Shown one piece after another: positions 21,006 to 34,549 of a stretch of DNA of 64,000 bases. The position numbers and the translations under genes are program-made. Below the pieces are notes generated by a model that was not told where the DNA came from, made no database searches, and was given only the letters and a program-made list of their open reading frames with translations. How positions within the stretch are numbered: position 1 is the stretch's first letter; the number at the start of each line of letters is the position of its first letter. This DNA is from Bdellovibrionales bacterium (GTDB taxonomy: Bacteria > Bdellovibrionota > Bdellovibrionia > Bdellovibrionales > JAUICD01), in the NCBI GenBank assembly GCA_965197425.1, contig CBDANC010000014.1, positions 387,729 to 451,728 on the forward strand. The letters run 5' to 3'.

Positions 21006-21602
21006 TTAATAATCTATTGAAGCCTTAAGGCGTATGGCTTCTTTCCCCATCTTCATGGCCTGTTGCTTAATTGTGTCTTTGTTCAAATTTACAGCCTGAA
21101 CAAATCCCTTAATGTAACTTCTGGGGATAACATACTCTCTTTCTGTGGACTTTCCCGTAAGCTTAAATCTAAACATTCCAGATTTATCCACCTCGTCTAT
21201 TAAACTGGAAAATTCCTTAAAGTGAACGGCTACGGTTTCTAAGTAAGCGCATGGATTTAGTTTGCAACTTAGGTCTTTTTTTATTGGTGTTACTACGATT
21301 GGCTTTCCATAACTTGTTCCTTTATCTAAATAGGCCCAGTCAGAAAATGTGGCTGTAACATACAGTTGGGTATCATAGAGGTCGCCTTTATGATCAAACA
21401 AGCTTACCAGTTTATAGGAAGATAAAGAGTTTGTTGGCTTGTCGTTTGAAATCAAAGGGCCTGATGCTATTATTTTTCCAATACCACCCAAGTGATCAAT
21501 TTTGGTATTAGTCATTACAGAGTCTTTGTCAGTTGATATAACAGCCGCTCTCAACTGAAAACAAACAAGTAATACTGAAATTACGCTAACTTTTCTAATC
21601 AT
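21006..21602 (-). CDS. Hypothetical exported protein
   Basis: Signal peptide MIRKVSVISVLLVCFQLRA; GAGG RBS; Cys pair. Confidence 0.78.
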   Translation of the reverse strand: MIRKVSVISVLLVCFQLRAAVISTDKDSVMTNTKIDHLGGIGKIIASGPLISNDKPTNSLSSYKLVSLFDHKGDLYDTQLYVTATFSDWAYLDKGTSYGKPIVVTPIKKDLSCKLNPCAYLETVAVHFKEFSSLIDEVDKSGMFRFKLTGKSTEREYVIPRSYIKGFVQAVNLNKDTIKQQAMKMGKEAIRLKASIDY

Positions 21603-22012
21603 ATTGCAACCTCAAACTAAGACACATAAAAAATTGAAACATCGAACTCTCCAATCGGCACTTAAGCGGCGCCGTTCAAACCTATTTTTGGTTTAAAACC
21701 TCTCTTTGCCAGGCATCAGACCTTCACGGGCCAAGGACATCCAACCAAGACCGTTATTCAATTTTCAAGGCTTACTCTTTGTTTTGTGTTTTGAAACATG
21801 ACAAGGCTATCACAGCTTAATCAAAGCACAAGGTATTTTAACTTCCCTTCAAAACAACTATGCTAGGGTATAGTCAAATGCACTAAAAACAAAAGTTTAA
21901 GTTTGTTGGCACCAAGTAAAATGTCCTGTAACCTTAGCTAGTTATATATATTATTGTTTCATTTTTTTACTTTTTGGTCTAAGCGGTTGGGAGTTTTAGT
22001 TTGTGGTTTAAT

Positions 22013-23872
22013 TTAGTAAGGTCTTTTTGAGGTCTTTACCTTTTCTTTCTTTTTGTAAAACATAATTGCTTGAATAGCAGATGGGTTAACTCCGCTAATC
22101 CTTACGGCCGCTCCTAGAGTGGGAGGTTTAATCTGAGATAATTTTTCTATTTCCTCATTTGATAACCCCTTGATTTTGTCATAGGGTAAGTCTTCATTTA
22201 AGGGTAGACTTTCAAGTTTTTTTGCTCTTTCTATAAGCTCAGCTTCTCTTTGAATATACCCTTGATACTTGAGATCTGTAATCACAGGGGTGCATATATC
22301 TTGTTGGACTTGAAAACCAAAGGCTTTAACATGCCCTTCATTTATTTCTTGTCGTAAAAGTAATTTATCCAATGTCAGAGAAGTATCTATATTTACATTG
22401 GCCCTTTCGTAAGCTTCTTCTGGTGTAACTTTAAAATGTTTTAAATTTTGTTTAAATAAAATTCTTTTTTCTCTGATTTCATTTAGTGTTTTATAGAAAT
22501 TTTGATCTATCAGATCAAAGCTATTGGATTTTTCCAAAAGTCTTTCTATTGTATTGTCCTCCCTTAAGTTAAGTCTAAACTCAGCTCTTGAGGTAAACAT
22601 TCTATATGGCTCTTTGGTTCCCTTGATAACCAGATCGTCTATTAAAACTCCTATGTAGGCTTCTGTTCTAGATAAAACAAATTCTTCTTTATTCATTATT
22701 TTTCTGGCTGCATTTACTCCGGCTACTAGTCCTTGTACTGCAGCTTCTTCATAACCACTTGTTCCGTTTATCTGTCCTGCAAAGAAAAGATTTTTTAGTA
22801 ACTTGGTCTCTAACGTATGTCTAATTTGAGTAGGCTCTATAAAGTCATACTCCACTGCGTAGCCATATCTTAATACCTTTACGTTTTCCAACCCAGGCAT
22901 TGTGTTTAAAAACTCTTCTTGTATTTTTTCTGGAAGAGAGGTTGAAACTCCTTGTAAGTATGTGAAATTTGTATCAAGCCCTTCTGGTTCTAAAAATGCA
23001 AGGTGTGTAGTTTTGTCTGGAAACTTTATAACTTTGTCCTCAATACTAGGGCAATATCTTGGGCCTGTCCCAGATATAATCCCGGAGTATATTGGACTTT
23101 TTGTAATATTTTTTTCTATAATCTCTTTGGTTTTTAAGTTTGTGTTAGTAATATGGCACTTGATCTGAGGAAGGTTTAATTTTTTAGAACTTCTAAAACT
23201 AAAAGGAACAAACACATCGTCTCCCAAAGCAACTTTAAGCTTTGAAAAGTTAATACTATTCTTATCCAATCTTGCAGGTGTCCCTGTCTTCAATCGCCTT
23301 ACACTAAATCCGAATTTGGAAAGTTCGTCTGACAAACCCCTGGAAGACTCTTCTCCTATTCTACCACCTTCGCTTTGCTTATCTCCTACATGAAGTATAG
23401 CGTTCATAAAAGTTCCTGTAGTAATGATCACCGCTTTTGATCTAATCTGTGAGCCATCTGCTATGACAACTCCATTAACCTGTCCTTTTTCTACTATTAA
23501 AGATTTAACTTCTGCCTGTAAGGTTTGAATGGAAGATCTGTCTAAAAAAGTTTTCATGTTAGATGAGTACAATTTTTTATCACACTGTGCTCTAGAACCT
23601 CTTACAGCGGGCCCCTTTGTGCTGTTAAGCCTTTTAAACTGAATGCAAGATGCATCAGCAATTAGTGGCATTGCTCCTCCTAGTATATCCAACTCTTTGA
23701 CCATATGTCCTTTTGCCAATCCTCCAATAGCAGGGTTACAGCTCATAACAGCAACTTTGTTTAAATCAGTGGTTATCAGCAAGGTTTTCATGCCCAATCT
23801 ATCAGACACAAAAGCTGCTTCCATGCCCGCATGACCAGCTCCCACTACAATAATATCTCCGTCTTTTTTCAT
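22013..23872 (-). CDS. mnmG: tRNA uridine-5-carboxymethylaminomethyl(34) synthesis enzyme MnmG (GidA)
   Basis: VVGAGHAG, MSCNPAIGGLAKG, GPRYCPSIEDK and AGQINGTSGYEEAA motifs. Confidence 0.99.
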   Translation of the reverse strand: MKKDGDIIVVGAGHAGMEAAFVSDRLGMKTLLITTDLNKVAVMSCNPAIGGLAKGHMVKELDILGGAMPLIADASCIQFKRLNSTKGPAVRGSRAQCDKKLYSSNMKTFLDRSSIQTLQAEVKSLIVEKGQVNGVVIADGSQIRSKAVIITTGTFMNAILHVGDKQSEGGRIGEESSRGLSDELSKFGFSVRRLKTGTPARLDKNSINFSKLKVALGDDVFVPFSFRSSKKLNLPQIKCHITNTNLKTKEIIEKNITKSPIYSGIISGTGPRYCPSIEDKVIKFPDKTTHLAFLEPEGLDTNFTYLQGVSTSLPEKIQEEFLNTMPGLENVKVLRYGYAVEYDFIEPTQIRHTLETKLLKNLFFAGQINGTSGYEEAAVQGLVAGVNAARKIMNKEEFVLSRTEAYIGVLIDDLVIKGTKEPYRMFTSRAEFRLNLREDNTIERLLEKSNSFDLIDQNFYKTLNEIREKRILFKQNLKHFKVTPEEAYERANVNIDTSLTLDKLLLRQEINEGHVKAFGFQVQQDICTPVITDLKYQGYIQREAELIERAKKLESLPLNEDLPYDKIKGLSNEEIEKLSQIKPPTLGAAVRISGVNPSAIQAIMFYKKKEKVKTSKRPY

Positions 23873-23873
23873 G

Positions 23874-25211
23874 TTACTTACCTATACAAAACTTACTAAA
23901 CACTCTGTCCATAACTTCATCGTCATTCTCTAGGCCTAAAAGTTCATATATTCCACTTAGAGCAACGTTGAGTTCAATTGCTATAAATTCGTAACTTTCA
24001 TTGTTAATCTCAATAGCTTTTTCAAGTGCCTTAACAATTTTATTTAAGCTCTCAACCTGTCTTAATTGCGTTATTACAATTCCCTCTTCTGACAGCTGGC
24101 CTTCTATGTATTTTTCTATCTGTTTTTTTATATCCTCTATACCAATATCGTTTTTTGCCGAAACGCGAATTCCTTTTAAATTTTTGTTTTCCTTGTCCCA
24201 AAGATCACATTTGTTATGTGCAATTATAACTGTTGTTTTTATTTTTTTTAAAATTTCTATGTCTTGCTTTGTTAACTCAGGTAAATCAGTCACAAATAGT
24301 GCAATGTCAGAGGCTTCCATAACCTTCTTGGTTTTTTCTATTCCAAGCGTTTCGATTTTTCCTTTTGTTTCCCTAAGGCCCGCTGTATCTACAAACTTAA
24401 CTAGCAAATCACTAACAAATAAAGGGCATTCAATTGCATCTCTGGTGGTACCTTCTATTTCTGAGACTAGTGCTTTTTCATCTGATAGAAGCCTGTTTAG
24501 CAGGCTTGATTTGCCCACATTAACTCTACCCACAATAGCAACGACAGCTCCTCCATTTAAAAGTCTTGATGATTTATAAGTTTTCTTCATTTGTAAAATT
24601 AAATCCAAAACTTCTCTTAGAGTTTCGTGTGTCTTTTTACGCGAAACTATTTCTATATCTTCATGACTAAAATCAATCGATGCTTCTATGTCTGCTAAAA
24701 GTTCTACTAGTTTAGTTTTTATTTGAGATAGTTTGCTAGACAAACCTCCTTGTAATTGCATCAAAGCTTGTTTGGCGGCTCTGGTTGAAGTGGCGTGCAC
24801 TAAACTTAACACGCTTTCAGCCTGAGTAAGATCTATCTTTGAATTTAGAAATGCTCTATAGGTAAATTCCCCAGGCCTTGCCATTCTGGCCAGCCCCGTT
24901 TCAATTATGGTTTCTGTTATTTTAGAAACAATTAATTGGTTTCCATGACAAGATATTTCAATCGCTGGCTCTCCTGTGTAGGAATTTAAAAAATAAGTTA
25001 CTACAACCTGATCCAGACTTTCTTTTGTAATGTGATTTTTTATTACACCAACATATGCTCTGTGTGATGTGGGGTTTTGGGGCAAAAAAGGGGCCATTTT
25101 TTGTAAAATCTCAAGTGCTTTTTTACCGCTAAGCCTGACAACAGAAATTCCCCCTGTGCCTCTAGGAGTTGCCGGGGCAACTATGGTATCAATGTCTGAT
25201 ATGGATCTCAT
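23874..25211 (-). CDS. mnmE: tRNA modification GTPase MnmE
   Basis: DTIVAPATP.G.GG, GRVNVGKSSL, GTTRD, DTAGLR, NKCD and C-terminal FCIGK. Confidence 0.99.
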   Translation of the reverse strand: MRSISDIDTIVAPATPRGTGGISVVRLSGKKALEILQKMAPFLPQNPTSHRAYVGVIKNHITKESLDQVVVTYFLNSYTGEPAIEISCHGNQLIVSKITETIIETGLARMARPGEFTYRAFLNSKIDLTQAESVLSLVHATSTRAAKQALMQLQGGLSSKLSQIKTKLVELLADIEASIDFSHEDIEIVSRKKTHETLREVLDLILQMKKTYKSSRLLNGGAVVAIVGRVNVGKSSLLNRLLSDEKALVSEIEGTTRDAIECPLFVSDLLVKFVDTAGLRETKGKIETLGIEKTKKVMEASDIALFVTDLPELTKQDIEILKKIKTTVIIAHNKCDLWDKENKNLKGIRVSAKNDIGIEDIKKQIEKYIEGQLSEEGIVITQLRQVESLNKIVKALEKAIEINNESYEFIAIELNVALSGIYELLGLENDDEVMDRVFSKFCIGK

Positions 25212-25726
25212 TATGTAGCATTTTCTTGTTTTGTGTTTATCGATATCTTTATTTTTTTATAATATCCATCTCCCACAGATTTAGTTGTTACCCTCTTGTC
25301 CTCCGATAGATGTTGGTGAATTACTCGCCTTTTTCTTGGATCTAGTGGCTTAAACAAGTAGCTTCTGTTTTCATTCAATACCTTTTTCTTAAGCCTGTCT
25401 GCTGATCTGGTAAGAGAGCTGTTCACTTCTTGATTAAATTGATTAGAGTCGATTGTTACATTAAGTTTTTTGTTTTCATGGTTGTGTTGTAAAATCCGCT
25501 CTACCAAAAACTGAATTGAGTTTAGCAACACACCGCCTTTAGCTTTTAAAAGAGTTTCATCTTCTCCCTGAAGCTCGATTGAAACTTGAACTTCTCCGTC
25601 ATATTGCAATTCATAGGACAAATCAAATCCAGCTCTATCTAATATTTCTTTCAAAGCTTCTTCTGCTATATCTAAAACTTTACTGTCTTTGCCTTTACCT
25701 TTTTTAAAGATGTTGAGTATGCCCAA
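25211..25726 (-). CDS. jag: Jag/KhpB-family KH-R3H RNA-binding protein (no Jag_N domain)
   Basis: LLNSIQFL and R3H motif RRVIH..L....V.TKSVGDG; between yidC and mnmE. Confidence 0.85.
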   Translation of the reverse strand: MGILNIFKKGKGKDSKVLDIAEEALKEILDRAGFDLSYELQYDGEVQVSIELQGEDETLLKAKGGVLLNSIQFLVERILQHNHENKKLNVTIDSNQFNQEVNSSLTRSADRLKKKVLNENRSYLFKPLDPRKRRVIHQHLSEDKRVTTKSVGDGYYKKIKISINTKQENAT

Positions 25727-25727
25727 G

Positions 25728-27260
25728 CTATCCTCCTTTTTCTGTTCTAACTATTATTAACTGTTGTATTATGCTAAACAAACTTCCTACAAAAATGTAC
25801 AAGGCCAGTCCGCTTGGATATACCACCATAAAGAGAGAAAACACAACGGTCATCACAAGCATAAGTTTTTTTGCCTTAGGGTCCGGAGTAGTAGGTGAAA
25901 TTTTTTGGTGCAAGATCATAGATGCGGCCATTAGTACGGGCAATACAAAGTAAGGATCTCTTTGACTTAAGTCATCGATCCAACCAAAAAACGGCGCTTG
26001 ATAAAATTCAATGGAAACTCCTAACACTTTAAACAAGGCAATAAAAACAGGAAACTGTAGTAACATAGGCAAACAGCCTCCTATCGGATTTGCCCCACTT
26101 TCTCTCATAACTTCCATAGTGGCTTTATTAAGCTCTAACTTGTCATCCTTATACTTTTCTTGCAAAGCCTTTAGCTTTGGTTGAATCTGTTGCATCTTTT
26201 TCATAGATTTGTGAGACATCATATTAAAAGGCAAAAGCAACATTCTAACCACAAAAGTCATCATTATAATTGCTAGTCCCCAATTATTTGTCCATTTAAA
26301 AAAGAGCCTTATCATGTCCATAATGGGGTGGGCTATCCATGCAAAAAACCCGTAGTTTAAAACTGCTTTAAGGCGAGTATCTATGCTTAGGAGTTTCGTT
26401 TTTTCCTTAGGCCCTAAGTAAATTCCATGCTCTAGTTTTATTTGCTTTATGCTATCTGGCATTTCATACACAAAGCTTCCCCTTACTATTGTGCTTTGTA
26501 TATCATATAGCACCTCTAAGTTGGGCTTTATGGAAGAGTTATCTATTATTGCTCTAGTAAAGTAGTGGTTTTCTATACTAAGCAGGGTTGTGTTTTTATA
26601 AGTGCTTTGAATCGCATCTTCTAGCAAAATCTCTCTTTCTTCTTTTGTACCATAAGACACATAATAGCTAGAGTTATCGTAACTAGGTAAAAACGGAACA
26701 TCGCCTTTAGAAAGCACAATTTTTTCATCAAAACTTATTCTTACATCCTGCTTTCCTGCTATTTCAGTGGTGCTTTCTATAAAATATTTTTCATCATAAA
26801 CTGTGAGGCTTCGTTTAATTTGCAAATTTTTATAGCTCGCGATTCCTATAAACTTATTGTCTTGTTTTTCTACCTCAAAATATATTTCTTTATCTGCCAG
26901 ATGGGCTGCAAACAAGGGGGCTTCGCTTAAAAAAGCAATTGGCTTGTTTTCTCTGTCAGAATAATTTTTTAAAACTATTTCTCTTAGCCCCATGCCTAAA
27001 GATGAAACTTGGAATTTAAGGTTTTCTCCCTCAAAATCCAAAAACTTTTCTTTCGCCGCGGAATCAGAGAGTGGTTGAGGGACAGGTTTGCTCTCCGGCT
27101 TTAAAGGCTCTGTATTCTCTTGTGCTAGGGGAGGTTGGTTGGTGGTTTTTGAAGGATATTTTTTGTTCATATGCCCTTGCCAGAGCAATAAAAAACCTAT
27201 ACAAAACACTATAGCGGCTATGGTTTTGGGATCTATGAAAGAAGGTGTTTCTCTATCCAA
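25728..27260 (-). CDS. yidC: Membrane protein insertase YidC
   Basis: NWGLAII, QPKLKALQEKYKDD, NPIGGCLPMLLQFPVF and WIDDLSQRDPY motifs. Confidence 0.98.
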   Translation of the reverse strand: MDRETPSFIDPKTIAAIVFCIGFLLLWQGHMNKKYPSKTTNQPPLAQENTEPLKPESKPVPQPLSDSAAKEKFLDFEGENLKFQVSSLGMGLREIVLKNYSDRENKPIAFLSEAPLFAAHLADKEIYFEVEKQDNKFIGIASYKNLQIKRSLTVYDEKYFIESTTEIAGKQDVRISFDEKIVLSKGDVPFLPSYDNSSYYVSYGTKEEREILLEDAIQSTYKNTTLLSIENHYFTRAIIDNSSIKPNLEVLYDIQSTIVRGSFVYEMPDSIKQIKLEHGIYLGPKEKTKLLSIDTRLKAVLNYGFFAWIAHPIMDMIRLFFKWTNNWGLAIIMMTFVVRMLLLPFNMMSHKSMKKMQQIQPKLKALQEKYKDDKLELNKATMEVMRESGANPIGGCLPMLLQFPVFIALFKVLGVSIEFYQAPFFGWIDDLSQRDPYFVLPVLMAASMILHQKISPTTPDPKAKKLMLVMTVVFSLFMVVYPSGLALYIFVGSLFSIIQQLIIVRTEKGG

Positions 27261-27278
27261 TTACATTCTCCTAAAATA

Positions 27279-27572
27279 CTACGGTACTGGATCATAAAAG
27301 GGTTTTTTGCTAAATGGCCTGCATGAAACAAGTCGTAGCAAGGTCAGGCGCAACGCCTTTAGCAAATTAAATTTTTTGAAACATTCCAACGCATAGTCAG
27401 AACAAGTTGGGCAGTGCCTACAAGCGCCTTTTTGCAAAAATGAAGCTGACTTATAAAAAACTATCATCAAAAAAGCGAGCTTTTTAAAAACCAACTCAAA
27501 AAATAGCTCTTTAGCTGTAAAGGTTTTTTGAAATCTGGACCAGGCCTTTTTGGATAACGATCTCAAATTCAT
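27279..27572 (-). CDS. yidD: Membrane protein insertion efficiency factor YidD (true start probably later)
   Basis: CRHCPTCSDYA...RLVSCRPF...YDPVP. Confidence 0.9.
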   Translation of the reverse strand: MNLRSLSKKAWSRFQKTFTAKELFFELVFKKLAFLMIVFYKSASFLQKGACRHCPTCSDYALECFKKFNLLKALRLTLLRLVSCRPFSKKPFYDPVP

Positions 27573-27837
27573 AGTACTTTAGTTCCTTGTAAATTTTGCC
27601 CTTTTTAAGCACCACATTCATCTCTGCGGTTGGAAGATTTTTGCTGTTTTTTACGCACTGTCTGGTCCACCTTTTGAGCTTATTTCTCAAAACAGCATTT
27701 CCTGTGGTTTTGGATATGGTTATTCCTAACCTTGGTTTTTTGGCTCTAACTGCACAAATTAACATCCAACGCGCTGGGTGAGCTTTAATCCCAACCTTGC
27801 TTAATCTTCTAAAATCACCTGTCTTTATGCTCTCCAA
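27511..27837 (-). CDS. rnpA: Ribonuclease P protein component
   Basis: RLGITISKTTGNAVLRNKLKRWTR. Confidence 0.93.
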   Translation of the reverse strand: MESIKTGDFRRLSKVGIKAHPARWMLICAVRAKKPRLGITISKTTGNAVLRNKLKRWTRQCVKNSKNLPTAEMNVVLKKGKIYKELKYYEFEIVIQKGLVQISKNLYS

Positions 27838-27880
27838 ACTTTATATCTTGTATTCTTTATTCTTCTTTTGAGTGCAGCCT

Positions 27881-28030
27881 TTATTTCCCACTAGCTTGTA
27901 CTACCAAGCTATGCCTGCCTTTTGCTCTTCTTCTAGAAAGAGTTTTTCTTCCGCCGCTAGTGGCCATCCTGGATCTAAACCCGTGACTAGACACGCGTTT
28001 TTTTACACTGGGCTGATACGTACGTTTCAT
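27881..28030 (-). CDS. rpmH: 50S ribosomal protein L34
   Basis: Not in the track. [49 protein letters not shown]. Confidence 0.97.
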   Translation of the reverse strand: MKRTYQPSVKKRVSSHGFRSRMATSGGRKTLSRRRAKGRHSLVVQASGK

Positions 28031-28326
28031 TTAAACCTCAAAAGCTATAAAACATGACGCACATTAACCTGTCAAGATGTTGAAGTGTTTGGTAAAAGTT
28101 GCTACACCCAAAATCCCTGACATACGGCAAGACATCTCTGGCAAGTACCCAGATATGATATGCGGAAACCAGACAAAAAGACGCTAGGCGAATTTTGAGA
28201 TACATCGCTTGTAATTTAAAGCCTATGAACTTAAAAATGATGTCAGGAGAACGTGCTGCTTTCCAGAGTCACGCTGACAGACGGGGCTTAGGATAGGAAG
28301 AGATTTGGAGCAAAAAGAGAGCTTGG

Positions 28327-29685
28327 ATGAATAGAGAAATTTGGGATCAAGTCAAAAGCAGGTTAAACAAAAAAAACAACAACAAGCCTGTGGTAATGGG
28401 GCTTTTGGACGGCATGTCCCCTCAGGAATCTAAAGAGTCTAGCCTTGGAGTCTTAGAGTTAGAGTTTCTAGTTCAATCAAACTACCACAAAGAAAAAATA
28501 GACACCGCTATAATCCCTCAGCTTAGAAAAGAGCTTTCTTGTTTTTACAAAAAACCCTTTGGGCTTAATGTAATAGTAGATGAATCCAAGAAAACAACTA
28601 GGCTTGGAAGCATCGCAAAGTTTATGCAGCTCCCTTTAGCACGGGTAGGCCATGGACCAAAAAGTTCTTTTAGAAATGAGTTTACTTTTGATTCTTTTAT
28701 CGTAGGCCCTAACAATGAATTTGCACATGCAGCCTCACATAGAGTTGCCACACACCCAGGAGAGACAAAGAGCAATCCTCTTTTTATCTTTGGAGCAACC
28801 GGCTTGGGAAAAACGCACCTACTTCATGCCATTGGGAGTTATCTGAAAGAAACCACAAACAAGAAAATTTCCTGCCTTTCAGCTGAAACCTTTTTAAATG
28901 AATGTGTCTCGGGAATTAGAAGTAGAGGTATGCATCAGTTTAGGCAAAAGTATCGCAAGGACTCTCACGTACTTTTAATAGACGACATTCATGTATTAGG
29001 CAGAGGGGACCATGCACAAGAAGAGTTTTTTCATACTCTCAACTCATTCTTTGATACTAAACGTCAGGTAGTTGTAACCTGCGACAAACTTCCTAGAGAC
29101 ATTGATGGGCTAAAGGATAGAATTCGTACAAGACTAGAGGGCGGGCTTATTGTAGACATTAAGATGCCTGATCTGGAAACCAAAATGGCCATAGCGGAAC
29201 ATAAAGCTAACGCTCTTGGAATTGAGCTTTCGGACGAAATCTGCCGCTACATTGCTGCCGGATCTAAAAGATCCATCAGAGAGCTTGAAGGGTGTTTAAA
29301 CAAATTGTCTTGCATACATGATCAAAATAACGTTCCCATAACTTTGAACAAAGCCAAAAAGGCACTATTTTTACAAGAGACCTCTTCTCCCTTAGATCCC
29401 TCACAAATACTGAATATTGTTTCAAAAAATTTCAACCTGGAGCTTGCTGATATGAAATCAAAGAGTCGTAAAAGATCATTGGTTGTTGCTAGGGGAGTTG
29501 CAATGCATCTTATAAAAAAACATTTAAAACTATCGCTAAAGGAAATTGGCTTCTTGCTTGGAAAAAGAGATCACACCACCGTGTTAAATAGTGTAAAAAA
29601 GACCAGCCTCCTGCTAAAGACAGATTCAGAGGTACAAACGACTCTGAACAAAATAGAAAAAGATATCCACACGCTCCCCCTATAA
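28327..29685 (+). CDS. dnaA: Chromosomal replication initiator DnaA
   Basis: FTFDSFIVGPNN, NPLFIFGATGLGKTHL, LLIDDIH, QEEFFHTLN and GKRDHTTV motifs. Confidence 0.99.
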   Translation: MNREIWDQVKSRLNKKNNNKPVVMGLLDGMSPQESKESSLGVLELEFLVQSNYHKEKIDTAIIPQLRKELSCFYKKPFGLNVIVDESKKTTRLGSIAKFMQLPLARVGHGPKSSFRNEFTFDSFIVGPNNEFAHAASHRVATHPGETKSNPLFIFGATGLGKTHLLHAIGSYLKETTNKKISCLSAETFLNECVSGIRSRGMHQFRQKYRKDSHVLLIDDIHVLGRGDHAQEEFFHTLNSFFDTKRQVVVTCDKLPRDIDGLKDRIRTRLEGGLIVDIKMPDLETKMAIAEHKANALGIELSDEICRYIAAGSKRSIRELEGCLNKLSCIHDQNNVPITLNKAKKALFLQETSSPLDPSQILNIVSKNFNLELADMKSKSRKRSLVVARGVAMHLIKKHLKLSLKEIGFLLGKRDHTTVLNSVKKTSLLLKTDSEVQTTLNKIEKDIHTLPL

Positions 29686-29900
29686 ACCTGCTGGGCTTGT
29701 GGAAAACCCACTGTTTTAAATTTTGTTTTTATGGAATAAAGGTAGAAACGCCGCAACAATTTTTGTGTTTAGTGATTTGTAACTTTTTCTTTTTAAATAA
29801 ACTCTTGAAATCTTAGCCAGTTAAATTATATATACACATATCAACACAGCCTACTACTACTGTTTATATTTATAAAACTAATTAGTAGAGGGTTGAACAA
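29663..29900. other. oriC: DnaA boxes, DnaA-trios and AT-rich unwinding region
   Basis: DnaA-box-like ATATCCACA 29663-71, TGTGGAAAA 29698-706, ATATACACA 29830-38 and ATCAACACA 29840-48, then GCC and (TAC)3T at 29849-61, then an AT-rich tract. Gene orientation switches near here. Confidence 0.85.
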
Positions 29901-29932
29901 AGTGCGCTAAGCAAGTTGTTAAATATAAAGAG

Positions 29933-31116
29933 GTGTTCATGCACATATCCATAAATAGGAAAGATTTTTTAAGTTTATTGGAAAATGTCCAAGGAGTGAT
30001 AGCTTCTAGTAGAACAATGCCCATTTTATCTAATGTTTTTATAAAAGCGCATAAAGAAGGCTTTGTTGAGGTCTATGGAACTGATTTAGAAGTAAGCGTT
30101 AGAGGAAAAACAAAAGCAAAAGTTTTAAAGGAAGGAACGGCCGTAGTAGAGAGCAAAAAACTATACTTGTTCATAAAAGAATTGCCAGAAGGAATTGTCA
30201 ACCTAACAACTCATAAAAACAATTGGCTAGAAATAGTGTCTGGCAAAACGAGAGCAAATATGGTTGGAGTAGATGTTAAAGATTATCCCTATGAACAAAC
30301 AAAAAACATTCAGCTTAACGGTGATGAGTTAAAAATAGACGCGACAATTTTAAAAGACATGATAGAGAAAACCGTGTTTAGCGTATCTAACGACGAAACA
30401 AGATATCATCTAAACGGAATTTTGTTTCAAAAAGACAAAACCAACTCTGGGCATAGGTATAGAATGGTTTCAACGGATGGGCACAGATTGAGTTTAGTAG
30501 AGAGAATAGAAGGCGATCCAAAAGATGAAATAGTAGAAGAAGATAAGGGTGTGATCATTCCTAGAAAGGGCGTTTATGAGATCAAAAAAACATTAGAAAA
30601 CAAGAAGCCTGGGTGGGTTTTGCTTCATATATCAAAAAACGAACTTCTTTTAAGAGATGAAAACACAGATGTGTTGATTAGATTGATAGACGGAACTTTT
30701 CCAGACTACAGACAGTTTTTGCCAAGCGATTTCGATAACAGGCTAACAGTTTCTAGGCAAAAACTTGTAACTTCTTTGAAGGTCGTATCTGTTCTTACAG
30801 ACGAAAGATCCAGAAGCGTTACCTTTAATGTAGAGGGAGAAAGGTTAGAGATAACATCCAATGATTCAGCAAAGGGAGATGCCAAAGAAGAGCTTAACAT
30901 AGAACACAAAGGGCAAGTTATAAAAATTGGATTCAATGCCCGCTATCTTTTAGATGTGTTAAATAGCTTTGACGAAGACAACGTAAGTTTTGAATTTAAG
31001 GATGCAGTTTCTCCTGGCGTTATCAAACCAGAACTAGATAAAAACTATACTTGCGTAGTAATGCCTATGAGACTGGAGAGCTCGTTAAATCAAAACAGAG
31101 CGCCTCATGCTAGGGC

Positions 31117-31120
<4 letters not shown>
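29933..31120 (+). CDS. dnaN: DNA polymerase III beta sliding clamp
   Basis: TMPILSNV, GTDLEV, ETRYHLNG, STDGHRLS, RLIDGTFPDY, IGFNARYL and VVMPMR motifs. Confidence 0.98.

Positions 31121-34548
<3,428 letters not shown>

Positions 34549-34549
<1 letters not shown>

Noticed and set aside
27872..28057. Plus-strand 61-aa ORF
   Set aside because: Antisense to rpmH.
28089..28104. sigma54-like TTGGTAAAAGTTGC upstream of dnaA
   Set aside because: The GG-to-GC spacing is 8 nt, not the required 10.
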